A stretch of 64,000 bases of DNA from an uncultured Acidobacteriota bacterium (lineage in GTDB: Bacteria; Acidobacteriota; Thermoanaerobaculia; UBA5066; DATFVB01): assembly GCA_963813155.1 (NCBI GenBank), contig CAWEYG010000001.1:480001-544000 (forward strand). The letters are read 5' to 3'. Position numbers and translations under genes: made by a program. The notes beneath the pieces are model-generated. The model did not search any database. It saw only the letters and a list, made by a program, of their open reading frames with translations, and was not told the DNA's origin. Positions 40,364 to 49,522 of this stretch are shown here, in pieces; position 1 is the first letter of the stretch, and each line of letters starts with the position of its first letter.

Positions 40364-41057
40364 CTAAGGCCCGAAGACGACTTCCCCTTTCGGGCACTTC
40401 AGCGTCACACGCAGCGCCGGGGCTGGCGCGAGGCGCGCTGGAACGTCCAGTCCGAGCAGCGCGAAGAGCTTCGCGAGCGCGGAAACGTCCTTGTCGAAGA
40501 CCTCGAGCCTTGCAAGCGTGCATCCACCCGGCGACGTTCGGCTCGGGTGCGGCGACGATTTGTCCCATTCGATGAAGAACGGGGCCTCGTCGAGGCCCAC
40601 ACCCGTGAGACCGAGCGTCCGCCAGCGGAGCATCGACCCGTCCGCGCGCTTCCGGGATCCGGGCCGGACCTCGGACGCCGCAAAGCCACCGTCGGCAGAG
40701 CAGTTTCGCGCTCTGATCGAGGTCCGACGAACGAACTGCGAAGAAGACCGGCTTCGGGCTCTCGAACTTCAGAAGCTCCCTGTCGCCAACCGAAAGCTGC
40801 GCCCCGGCAACCGGCGCGAGGATCTCGAGGTATGTTCCGCCGCCGAGGCTCATCAGCGCGTTCTGCGTTCCCCGCCCCGGATGAACGCCGCCCTTGACGG
40901 CGCGGACTCCCGTTCGCTGCGCGACGGCCGCGATCCCCGCATCCAGGTCCGCCGCCCCGATGCCAACGTGATCGATCGCGTGCGCGGGAGGCCCGGCGGC
41001 GCCGAGAATCCGCGACGCCGCGAGCAGGATCGCCGAACCGAAGGCGCCGTTTTTCAT
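40364..41057 (-). CDS. Glyoxalase-like (VOC, Glyoxalase_3) protein with signal peptide, frameshift near 40700
   Basis: IDHV.I...DLD.G, GGVHPGRGT.NAL..LG...YLEI, PFFIEW....HP. Confidence 0.85.
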
Positions 41058-41716
41058 GGCAGGGGGCGCTTTCGCCCCGCGTGCTTCTTCCCGGAGTCCG
41101 GCGTCGCCACGCCCGGGAAGAGCGCGAGAAACCGGCCGGGATTCAGCTCGGAGAAGACCATCGCGGCCGCGTAGACGACGACGAGGAGGTGCGGACCGAA
41201 TCGCCCGAACAGGCGCGGCAAGCCCGTGTAGGTCACGAAGATCACGGCGACCCACCGGAGCAGCGTCAGGCCGAACAGAGGCTTGAGCCCCACCTGCTCC
41301 GGCGTCCGGCGGCGAAGCTGCCAGAGGAGGGTGACGCCCCACGCGATCGACAGCAGCGCCTGGATCTCCAGGGATCTCTGGAACTGCGGATCGGCCCACG
41401 TCATCCGCAGCGAGAATCCCGTGCCCGCGAGCGCGAAAATCAGCACGCCGCCCAGCGGAATCGAAAGGATCGCGACGAGGAACGCGGCGGCGAACACGGA
41501 CCCGACGAGCGCCTTCGCGGCCGGGACGGCGGCCCCATCCGCCCCCTGCCTGGACAGGGAGAACGCGATCGCGACGATCAGCATGCCGAGCGCCAGCATC
41601 GTGTCGGCGAACAGGATCAACAGGACGTTCCCCGGATCCCAGCCCAGGAACAACACGCCGATCGCGGGCATGAGGCACCGCGCGACGACGACGACCAGCA
41701 GCGCGAGGGAGATCAT
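41054..41716 (-). CDS. Hypothetical membrane protein
   Basis: Several TM segments; P.IGVLFLGW. Confidence 0.65.
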   Translation of the reverse strand: MISLALLVVVVARCLMPAIGVLFLGWDPGNVLLILFADTMLALGMLIVAIAFSLSRQGADGAAVPAAKALVGSVFAAAFLVAILSIPLGGVLIFALAGTGFSLRMTWADPQFQRSLEIQALLSIAWGVTLLWQLRRRTPEQVGLKPLFGLTLLRWVAVIFVTYTGLPRLFGRFGPHLLVVVYAAAMVFSELNPGRFLALFPGVATPDSGKKHAGRKRPLP

Positions 41717-41758
41717 CCGCGAATCCTATCTCCGGACGGAGATAGACTTTCCGCCGCC

Positions 41759-42646
41759 ATGGCGAATCTTCGAACCGGGAAACGCGTCGCGCTCGTGACC
41801 TGCCGGGACGAAGCGGAGCTCCCTGCCGACGACCGTCTCCTGCCGCCCGAGCTCGCCGGGCGCGGCATCGCGGCGTCCGCACAGCTGTGGGACGACCCGA
41901 ACGTGAGGTGGGAGTCCTTCGACGCGATCGTGCTGCGCTCCACCTGGGATTACCACGTCCGCTACGAGGAATTCCGGCGGTGGATCGAGGCCCGCGCGAG
42001 CGAAGGCGCTCCGCTCTGGAATCCCGCGCCGCTGGTCGAGTGGAACTCGCACAAGTTCTACCTGCGGGACCTCGAGCGCCGGGGCGTCCCGATCGTGCCG
42101 ACCCGCTTTCTCCCGGCCGGCACGGGCGGCGACCTGGGCGAGATCCTCGCCCGCGAGGGATGGCAACGCGCGGTCGTCAAGCCGGCCGTCTCGGCAACGG
42201 CGTTCCGAACGCACCGGGTGGACCGGCGGTCGGCGCCGAACGACGCGCCGGCCCGGGAGCTCCTCGCGGAATCCGACGCGCTCGTCCAGGAATACCTGCC
42301 GGAGATCGAGTCGGACGGCGAGTGGTCGTTCGTCTATCTCGGCGGAGAGTTCAGCCACGCGGTCCGAAAGCGCCCGACGCCCGGCGACTTTCGCGTCCAG
42401 GAGCAGTTCGGAGGGACCGCCGAAACGGGCAGGCCGGACGCCGAGCTCGTGCGCCGGGCGCAAGCCGCCGTCGCCGCGATCGATCTGCCCTGGCTCTACG
42501 CGAGGGTCGACGCCGTCGAGACCTCTCGCGGACTCCTGTTGATGGAGCTCGAGCTCGTCGAGCCGACGCTCTATCTCGCGTCGGACCGCGACGCCGTCCG
42601 GCGTTTCGCGGACGCGATCGAGAAAATCCTCCCGCTCACCGCGTGA
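41759..42646 (+). CDS. ATP-grasp (RimK/GshB-like) ligase
   Basis: LRSTWDY, WN.HK.YL, VVKPAVSA, GDFRVQ..FGG, YARVD, MELELVEP. Confidence 0.88.
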   Translation: MANLRTGKRVALVTCRDEAELPADDRLLPPELAGRGIAASAQLWDDPNVRWESFDAIVLRSTWDYHVRYEEFRRWIEARASEGAPLWNPAPLVEWNSHKFYLRDLERRGVPIVPTRFLPAGTGGDLGEILAREGWQRAVVKPAVSATAFRTHRVDRRSAPNDAPARELLAESDALVQEYLPEIESDGEWSFVYLGGEFSHAVRKRPTPGDFRVQEQFGGTAETGRPDAELVRRAQAAVAAIDLPWLYARVDAVETSRGLLLMELELVEPTLYLASDRDAVRRFADAIEKILPLTA

Positions 42647-43584
42647 TCTTTTCCTTCGGTTTTACGGCGGACGGGCGCCAAAGCGATTTCGTCGCCCGGA
42701 TCAGCCGCGCCGGGTGCGCGAGCCACCGGATCAGCATCCCCAGGTTCTTCGGGAACGGCCGCACGAACGTCTCCGACAGCACCTCGACCGCGTAGCGGCG
42801 GCGGGACCGGCGGTGCCACGCGAGGGCCGCCGGGTCGTTGTCCTCGCGCGGCTCGGGCTCGAGGTCGAAGTTGCCGAACGTATCCTCGCCGCGCACGAGC
42901 GTCGCCGAGTTCCGCATCCCCCGCTGGCGCACGCGGGTCGCGATGTAGCGGACCGCGAGGCCGACGCGCGGACCGTCCGACGCGTTGCCCTCGGACCCGT
43001 GCAGCATGCGCACGTGGTGGAGCGACATCTCGCCGGGCCGAAGCTCCAGGCGGCGCGCGTCGCCTTCCGGGACGTCCACGAGCGCCTTCTGGCCGCGAAC
43101 GAGCAGGTTGTTTTCCGTGAACTGAAGGGCGTGCGGCACGGCGGGCCGCCCGTGGGAGCCCGGAACGACCTGCAGACAGCCGTTTGCCGCGGTGCTCTCC
43201 GTCAACGCGATCCAGGCGGTGACCTCCTCTTCCGTGCTCAGCCCCCAGTAGGCGGAGTCCTGGTGCCAGGCGATGTAGTGGGGGTCGCGCGCGAGCTTGA
43301 CGAAGAAGACCGAGCGCCAGACGAGAAGGTTCGGGCCGAGGATCGACTCGACCGCGTCGAGCACGCCGGGGATGGCGGACGAGATCGCTCACCCACTTCG
43401 AGTGGAGATGGGGCTTGTGCCTCGTCCCCGGATCCGCCAGCGACGCGGTCTTTTGCATCAGGTCGTCGAGATTCGCGCGGGCGGCTTCGGCCTCGTCCGG
43501 GGAGAGCACTGGAACGGGCGAAAGATACCCTTCCGCGCGATATCGCTCGAGCTGGTCGGCGGAGAGCGACCCGGCCGGCCTCAA
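42636..43584 (-). CDS. Phytanoyl-CoA dioxygenase family (Fe/2OG), frameshift near 43370
   Basis: Y...GY, WHQDS.YW, WIAL...NGCL.VVPGSH, HGS..N.S...R. Confidence 0.85.
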
Positions 43585-44000
43585 GGTTCCGGCGAAAGAG
43601 CGATCGAGGATTGCCCGAAGGCGTATTTCCACCCGTCCTTCGTGCGTACGTACGTGTCGGAGAACCAGAGCTTGCGGTCGAACGGCTCCTGCCCGTGCTT
43701 GCCCTTCAGCCAGAGCTTCGCGGTGACGACGGCCGTGTCGCCCCAGACCCGGACTTTCTGCGAATTCTCGATCTCCACCTGATGCTCGTAGACGGCGTCC
43801 TTGTCGCGAGCGGATTTGAGGAGATCGGCTTTCGTGTAGACGGTTCCCTTTCCGACGACGAGGACCATGTCGTCCGCGAGGATCCGGGCCATCGTGTCCG
43901 CGTCGTTCCGTTCGACGGCCGCCTGGTATTCCGTGTCGAGCGCCGCGACCGCTTTCGCGTCGTCGGCGGCAGTAGCGCCCGTTTTTCCGATTCGTTCCAC
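43581..44000 (-). CDS. NTF2-like (DUF4440) protein
   Basis: ILADD, VRVWGDTAVVT, FSDTYVR..DGWK. Confidence 0.88.
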   Translation of the reverse strand: MERIGKTGATAADDAKAVAALDTEYQAAVERNDADTMARILADDMVLVVGKGTVYTKADLLKSARDKDAVYEHQVEIENSQKVRVWGDTAVVTAKLWLKGKHGQEPFDRKLWFSDTYVRTKDGWKYAFGQSSIALSPEP

Positions 44001-44028
44001 GGCTCCTCCTCGAAAGGCAGCCGGGATT

Positions 44029-44502
44029 TTATCCGGTTTTCCGCGCGGGTGAGCTCTTCGACCGCTTCTCCGCTTCCTCGAGCCAACCCCGTTTCAGGCG
44101 CTCCGCCGGAACGCTCGACAGGTACGGCTTGATGTCGAGGATCGGCGTGCCGTCGAGCATGTCGACGCCTCGGACGAACAGCCGGTTGCCCTCCCGCCGG
44201 ACGAGCTCGACGACCGTCAGGCCGATCGGATTCGGCCGGTACGGCGAGCGGGTCGCGAATACCCCGTGCGGGCGGTCGTCGGAGGGAGGCGTGCCGAGGA
44301 GCTCCCTCGTTTCCGCCGACCGGTCGAACACCCAGACGACGAAGAGGTGAGAAAACCCTTCGATGTCGGTCAGTCCGGCGGCGAGCGCGAGATCGATTTC
44401 CAGAACTCCCTCCGCGTCGTGCTTCGCGCCGAGCCCCCGGGGGACCTCCGCCGAGTCGCGATAGCCGCTCCGGACCGTCCCGATCGACCGCAGCGAGAAC
44501 AT
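44029..44502 (-). CDS. tsaA: tRNA m6t6A37 methyltransferase TrmO/TsaA
   Basis: GVFATRSP.RPNPIGL, DMLDGTPILDIKPY. Confidence 0.9.
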   Translation of the reverse strand: MFSLRSIGTVRSGYRDSAEVPRGLGAKHDAEGVLEIDLALAAGLTDIEGFSHLFVVWVFDRSAETRELLGTPPSDDRPHGVFATRSPYRPNPIGLTVVELVRREGNRLFVRGVDMLDGTPILDIKPYLSSVPAERLKRGWLEEAEKRSKSSPARKTG

Positions 44503-44507
44503 GAGAC

Positions 44508-44954
44508 CTACCCCCCGAACTGGCGGAAGTGGTGATCCGCGTGCCGCCACGCGAGCCGCCCCCACGCCCGGCGGGAAAGCCGCCAGAACGCCGGATGGAG
44601 CGGGAGCGGCGCGTCGGCGGGCCGATTCACGAACGCTTCCATGGTCCCGGGGAAAGCCGCGACCTCTTCGTCCCAGAGAGCCCGATCTCCGCGCGCGAGA
44701 AGCTCGGGGACCGTCGGAACGCCCTTCGGCCAGGGAGCGAAGTACACGAAGGCCTGTTTGACGACGGGAAAGCGCGCGGGAGTGCGCTTCAGGGAGGTCT
44801 TCAGGGTCCCGGCGGACATCCTCATGGCGTCGTTCAGATGCGCGAGCATTTTCGGGGCGGTGAACCTGCCCCAGCGGGCCGGCGAGTCCGGCGTGAGGCG
44901 CTCGAGTCGGGCGAGGAGCGATTCGCGGTCGCGCGCGTTCCAGAGAGTCTTCAT
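44508..44954 (-). CDS. DUF1569 (DinB-like) protein
   Basis: WG.....MLAH, HPAF..L....WG....H.DHH.RQFG. Confidence 0.88.
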   Translation of the reverse strand: MKTLWNARDRESLLARLERLTPDSPARWGRFTAPKMLAHLNDAMRMSAGTLKTSLKRTPARFPVVKQAFVYFAPWPKGVPTVPELLARGDRALWDEEVAAFPGTMEAFVNRPADAPLPLHPAFWRLSRRAWGRLAWRHADHHFRQFGG

Positions 44955-45022
44955 AAACGCGATTCTATCGCTCGGATGGGCAGGAGCGAGCCGCGATAGA
45001 CTTCCCGCAGGAGAATCCCACA

Positions 45023-46892
45023 ATGAAGCTCAGACTCGCGCTCGGCGTCTGTGTGTTCGCCTTTCTGGGAGCGCATGTTTCCGCGCGCACGCTCCACTGG
45101 CGATCCCTCGAGGTCCAGGCGACGCTCGACGGCGACGGCGTCCTGCACGTCCTCGAGCGGCAGAACATCGTCTTCGACGGCGACTGGAACGGCGGCGAGC
45201 GCCGTTTCCGCCTGGAGCCGGGACAGCAGCTGACGCTCGCGAGTGTGACGCGGATCGACCCCGAAACCGGCGCGAAAACGCCGCTCGCCGACGGCAACCT
45301 GTCGCAGGTCGACGCCTACAGCTTCGTCGACTCGAAGACGCTTCGCTGGCGCAGCCGCCTCGCCTCCGACCCGCCGTTCTCCAACCGCGAAATCGACTAC
45401 GTGCTCGACTACACGCTCTCCGGCATCCTCGAAAAACGCGGCGGAGGCTACCGGCTCGACCACAACTTCGTTTTCCCGGAGCGAGACGGCCCGATCGAGC
45501 ACTTCACGCTCGATCTCGCGCTGGACCCGTCCTGGAAAGCCACCCCAGCGCTCCCGGGGCACTGGGAAGCCGGGCCGCTGCCGCCGGGCCGGGGATTCGT
45601 CGTCTCCGCTTCCCTGCAATCCTCGCGGTCCGTCGCGCCCTCCGCGATTCGCACCGTTCCCCTTCTGGCGGATCGGCGGCTGGCCATGCTGCTGATCGGG
45701 TTTGCGCTGCTCGTTTTCGGCGTCCACTACTGGCTCCACGACCGGGCCCGCGGACGCTTCGCCCCGCTTCTGCCCGTCTCGCAAGTCGACCACGCCTGGC
45801 TGAAAGCAAACGTTTTCGACATTTTGCCGGAGGAGGTCGGCACCGCGATCGACGACGACGTCGGCTCGCCGGAAGTGGCGGCCATTCTCGCGCGCCTCGT
45901 CGCGGAAAAAAAGCTGCAGAGCGAGACGACGTCCGGGGCCGGAGGCAAGACGACTCTCCGTCTCACGCGACTGGCGGACGGCCGCAACCTCTCGGGCTAC
46001 GAGAAAGCTCTCGTGGACGGCCTCTTCTTCGGAGAAGAGACCGTGACGCCCGACGACGTGCGGTCCCACTACAAGTCGTCCGGTTTCAACCCCGCGAAGC
46101 TGATCGAGCAGGATCTGAGAGCGAGGCTCGCCGCGAAAGGCGCGTTCTCCGACACGATCAGTCCCCCTTCGCGGTGGCGGAGCCTGTTGTTCCTCTTCGC
46201 CGCCGTTGGGTTCGGCGCCCAGACGATTCGCCACCACGTTCCGACCGACGCGCCCGCGCTCTTCGCGTTTCTGTTCTCGTCCGCTTTCTGCGCCCTCATC
46301 GGCCTCCTGCTCGCGAAGCGATCAGCCGAATCCTTCCGTCCCTTCGGTCCCGCCCTGCTCGTCGGCGTCGTGATTCTCTCTGATCCCCTGGACCATCGCG
46401 GGAGAACTTCTGACGATCGACTACTCCCCGACCCTGTTCGCCGCGTTCACGTTCCTCACGCTGATGTACGTGAGCTCGGCATTCCACCAGGCGATGTCGC
46501 GCGACGGGGCCGCGCGAATGGAGCGCCGGCGGCGCCTCGCAACGGCGCGCTCGTATTTCCGGGCCCAGCTCCAGTCCGCGCACCCGGACCTCGAAGACTC
46601 CTGGTTTCCCTATCTCCTCGCGCTCGGCCTCGGTTCGGGCGTCGACCGCTGGTCGAAGAGCTTCGGGGGGGCCGCGACGCGCGCAGTCGCCGGCTCGACG
46701 TCGTTCGGCTCGTCGTCTTCGTCCGGCTCGGGTGGCGGGTGGACGGGAGGAGGAGGAAGCTTCGGCGGCGCGGGAGCGTCGGCGGGTTGGGCGGCCGCAG
46801 TCGGCGGCTTCTCCGCGGGCGTCGCCGCGCCGTCGTCTTCGTCGGGCGGAGGCGGGGGCTCCTCCGGAGGGGGCGGCGGAGGCGGGTGGTGA
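45023..46892 (+). CDS. DUF2207-like membrane protein with Gly/Ser-rich tail, frameshift near 46380
   Basis: Signal; LHV.E....F.G.WNG..R; PY.LALG...W; tail SSGGGGGGGW. Confidence 0.8.
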
Positions 46893-46932
46893 GCCGGGCG
46901 CGGGAAAGGAAAACCGTGACCGCGGCGGGGCG

Positions 46933-47055
46933 TCAAGGAACGGGGCAGATTCCGTGCGCCATCTGGGTCAGGAAGGCGGCGACGATCGCCGCAATCACGA
47001 GCCCGAACGCGATCGTCCTGCCGAGCCGGCGCGCGCCGCCCGCGGGAGCGCTCAC
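46933..47055 (-). CDS. 40-aa single-TM small protein ending HGICPVP
   Basis: GTG start overlaps the DoxX stop (GTGA): MSAPAGGARRLGRTIAFGLVIAAIVAAFLTQMAHGICPVP. Confidence 0.55.
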   Translation of the reverse strand: MSAPAGGARRLGRTIAFGLVIAAIVAAFLTQMAHGICPVP

Positions 47056-47519
47056 CGGCTCCCCCGGCGCCGGGCGTCGAGCCCCCAGAGCTTGCCCGCG
47101 TCGGCCGACGCGAAGACGAGGAACAGCAGCGCGTAGGCGGCCTGCGTCAGCCACGCCGTGACGTACTGGTACCAGTGCGGATCGCCGCCGGGCCAGGAAC
47201 TGCCGAATCCGATCGCGAGCATCATCGCGATCCCGCCGGCGCAGGACCAGCGCACGAGGAACCCGAAGAGCAGCGAAGCCGAGATCGCGAGCTCGCCAAG
47301 CGCGATCGCCCAGGCGAACGGAGCCGGATGAACGACGACAACGCGCTCCAGGAAGGGACGCCAGAACGGGTAGCCCTTCGCTGCCATCTCGGCCGCGGAT
47401 TTCGCAAAACCCCCATGGACGAAGGACCCGACGACCTTCCCGTATCCTTCGCAGAAAAGAATCGCCCCGGTGACGATGCGCGCAAACGCGATGGAGCGCG
47501 GAGGAGACGCGGCGATCAT
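47052..47519 (-). CDS. DoxX / TQO small-subunit-like membrane protein
   Basis: RI..G..F..EG..K, GEL.I...LLFG.L.R, AG..WGLD. Confidence 0.8.
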   Translation of the reverse strand: MIAASPPRSIAFARIVTGAILFCEGYGKVVGSFVHGGFAKSAAEMAAKGYPFWRPFLERVVVVHPAPFAWAIALGELAISASLLFGFLVRWSCAGGIAMMLAIGFGSSWPGGDPHWYQYVTAWLTQAAYALLFLVFASADAGKLWGLDARRRGSR

Positions 47520-47603
47520 CCGCGTATTGTAGCCCGGCGTCTGTTAGAGTTCGGGCCGGAGGAACTGCCCACCTGAACTCGCGCGCCGCGACGGCGATTC
47601 TTC

Positions 47604-49126
47604 TTGCCGCATTCGCCCATCCCCGCTCCGGTTCGGCCGCCACACCGGAAACGTGCGCGGGACGGGCCAACGACACGGTCGCCCGGATCACGGAGTGCAT
47701 CGCGGGTCCGGCGCTGCAGCAGCACCTCGCGGATTTCCAGAGCATTTCGGATTCGCACGGCGGGAATCGAGACTCCGGCGACCCCGGGGGCGGCTACGAG
47801 GCCTCCGCGCAATACGTCGCCGACCGGATGACGGCCGCCGGCTACCGCGTGACGGTCCAGGCCTTTCCGTTCGCCTACTACAAGATCGTTCGGACGCCGG
47901 CTCTCGAGGAGATCTCCCCGTCGGCGCGGTCGTTCTCCCCCGCAACCGATTTCGGCCTTCTCGACTTCTCGGGCAGCGGCGACCTGACCGCGAAAGTTCA
48001 ACCCGCCGGGGGAATCGTCCTTCCGCCCGCTCCCGTCTCCACCTCCGCGAGCGGCTGCGCCGCATCCGACTTCTCGCGGTTCGTCCCGGGGAACATCGCG
48101 CTGATCCAGCGGGGAGCATGCTCCCTCTCGATCAAGGCCGCGAACGCCCAGGCCGCGGGGGCCTCCGCCGCGATCATCTTCAACGAGGGAAATCCCGGCC
48201 GCACCGACAACTTCGGGGCGACACTCGGCTCTCCCGTCTCGATCCCCGTTCTCTCGGCGTCGTTCGCGCTGGGCCTGCGGCTCGCGAATCTCTCTTTCCT
48301 TCCGATCTGCACGCCCGTTCCCGGCTTGCCGAGCGGGGAGTTGTGCCGGAAGAGAGGCGTCAGAGCCCTCGGCAGCCCTGCGGTCGTGCACCTGGACGCC
48401 GCGACGATCAACGAGACCCGGTCCAGCGAAAACGTCTTCGCCGAGACGCCGGCGGGAGACGAAAATCGCGTGTTGATGATCGGCGCCCACCTGGACAGCC
48501 TGTACGGCGCGGGCATTCTCGACAACGCGTCCGGCTCGGCCTCGATCCTCGAGGTGGCGCTGCAGATGAAGAACGTGGCGCCCGCAAACCTCGTCCGGTT
48601 CGCGTGGTGGGGAGCGGAGGAAGAAGGGATTGCCGGGTCGGACTACTATCTCGGCCACCTCGACGCGGCGGAACGGAGCCGGATTTTCTTCTACCTCGAC
48701 GCAGATGTCATCGCGACGCCGAACTTCTACATCAACGTCCTGGACGTGGCGCAGTCGCCGCTGGCCGCGACGTGGGCGCCGGACGCGGTCAGCGGCTCCG
48801 CCCGGGCCACCCAATTGTTCGGCTCCTACTTCGACAGCGTGGGATCGACCTTCATCACGATCGACAAAGACGACCTGCCGCGCAGCGACACCCTTCCCTT
48901 CCTGAACGCGGGACTTCCCGTCGGCGGCGTCTTCACCGGCCAGGGAGACTTCAAGTCGCAGGCGGAAGTGGACCTCTTCGGCGGATTCGTCGGCCTCACC
49001 GAGTCGTGCGCGGACGAGCCGACGGGCTGCGACGACCTGGGAAACGTGAACCCTATTGCCCTCGAGCTCGTGTCGAAAGCCTACGCCGCCGTCGCGATCC
49101 AGATGGCGTTCGACGCCGGTCCCTGA
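47604..49126 (+). CDS. M28 aminopeptidase with PA domain (5' end frameshifted, start uncertain)
   Basis: IALIQRG.C...KA.NA..AGA, GAHLDS, DNASG, WGAEEEG, RSD. Confidence 0.85.
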
Positions 49127-49150
49127 AGCGGAAACCGGACCAGGGTTCCG

Positions 49151-49357
49151 TCAGACTTTCGGGCCGGCCAGAACGTTCCGGATCTTCCCCGCGAAACTCT
49201 CGAGCAGCTGGGCGGCCTCGTGACCGACGAGAAGAAGCGCCTGCCCCGTTTTCAGGAGCACGTGCGTGCCGATCTCGTCGATCGAGACGTCCGCGATGTC
49301 CTTTTCCTCGAACTCCAGCAGCCCGTCCGACGCCAGGACCACGATCGAGTTACTCAT
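49151..49357 (-). CDS. Small hypothetical protein
   Basis: 68-aa ORF with a GAGGGG RBS that lies at the end of the adjacent REP. Confidence 0.5.
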   Translation of the reverse strand: MSNSIVVLASDGLLEFEEKDIADVSIDEIGTHVLLKTGQALLLVGHEAAQLLESFAGKIRNVLAGPKV

Positions 49358-49363
49358 GTTTAC

Positions 49364-49408
49364 CCCTCACCCTCGCTGCGCTCGCCCTCTCCCACAGGGG
49401 GAGAGGGG
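49364..49408 (-). repeat. CCCTCTCC-type REP-like hairpin (no IS next to it)
   Basis: Reverse complement CCCCTCTCCCCCTGTGGGAGAGGGCGAGCGCAGCGAGGGTGAGGG. Confidence 0.75.
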
Positions 49409-49441
49409 AAAAACCCGCGGGCGCCGTTTCCGGCGCCCGCG
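49409..49441 (-). terminator. nrdJ terminator
   Basis: CGCGGGCGCC stem-loop followed by TTTTT on the minus strand; a second hairpin at 49478-49499. Confidence 0.7.
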
Positions 49442-49522
49442 CTTCGAAGGAGACCCCTGACGGGGAAGGAGGAAGCACCCTCCCGGAAAACCGGGAGGGA
49501 GATCGGAACGTTTGCCGCATCC

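Noticed and set aside
37902-41882. 1326-aa minus-strand ORF and other long Arg/Pro-rich ORFs (49220..52438, 22022..24013, 19404..21602, 7115..8728)
   Set aside because: Shadow ORFs opposite or overlapping real genes in high-GC DNA; only short stretches carry pieces of frameshifted real genes.
46690-46892. GGC/TCG-rich low-complexity tract as a tandem repeat element
   Set aside because: It encodes the normal Gly/Ser-rich tail of DUF2207-like proteins.
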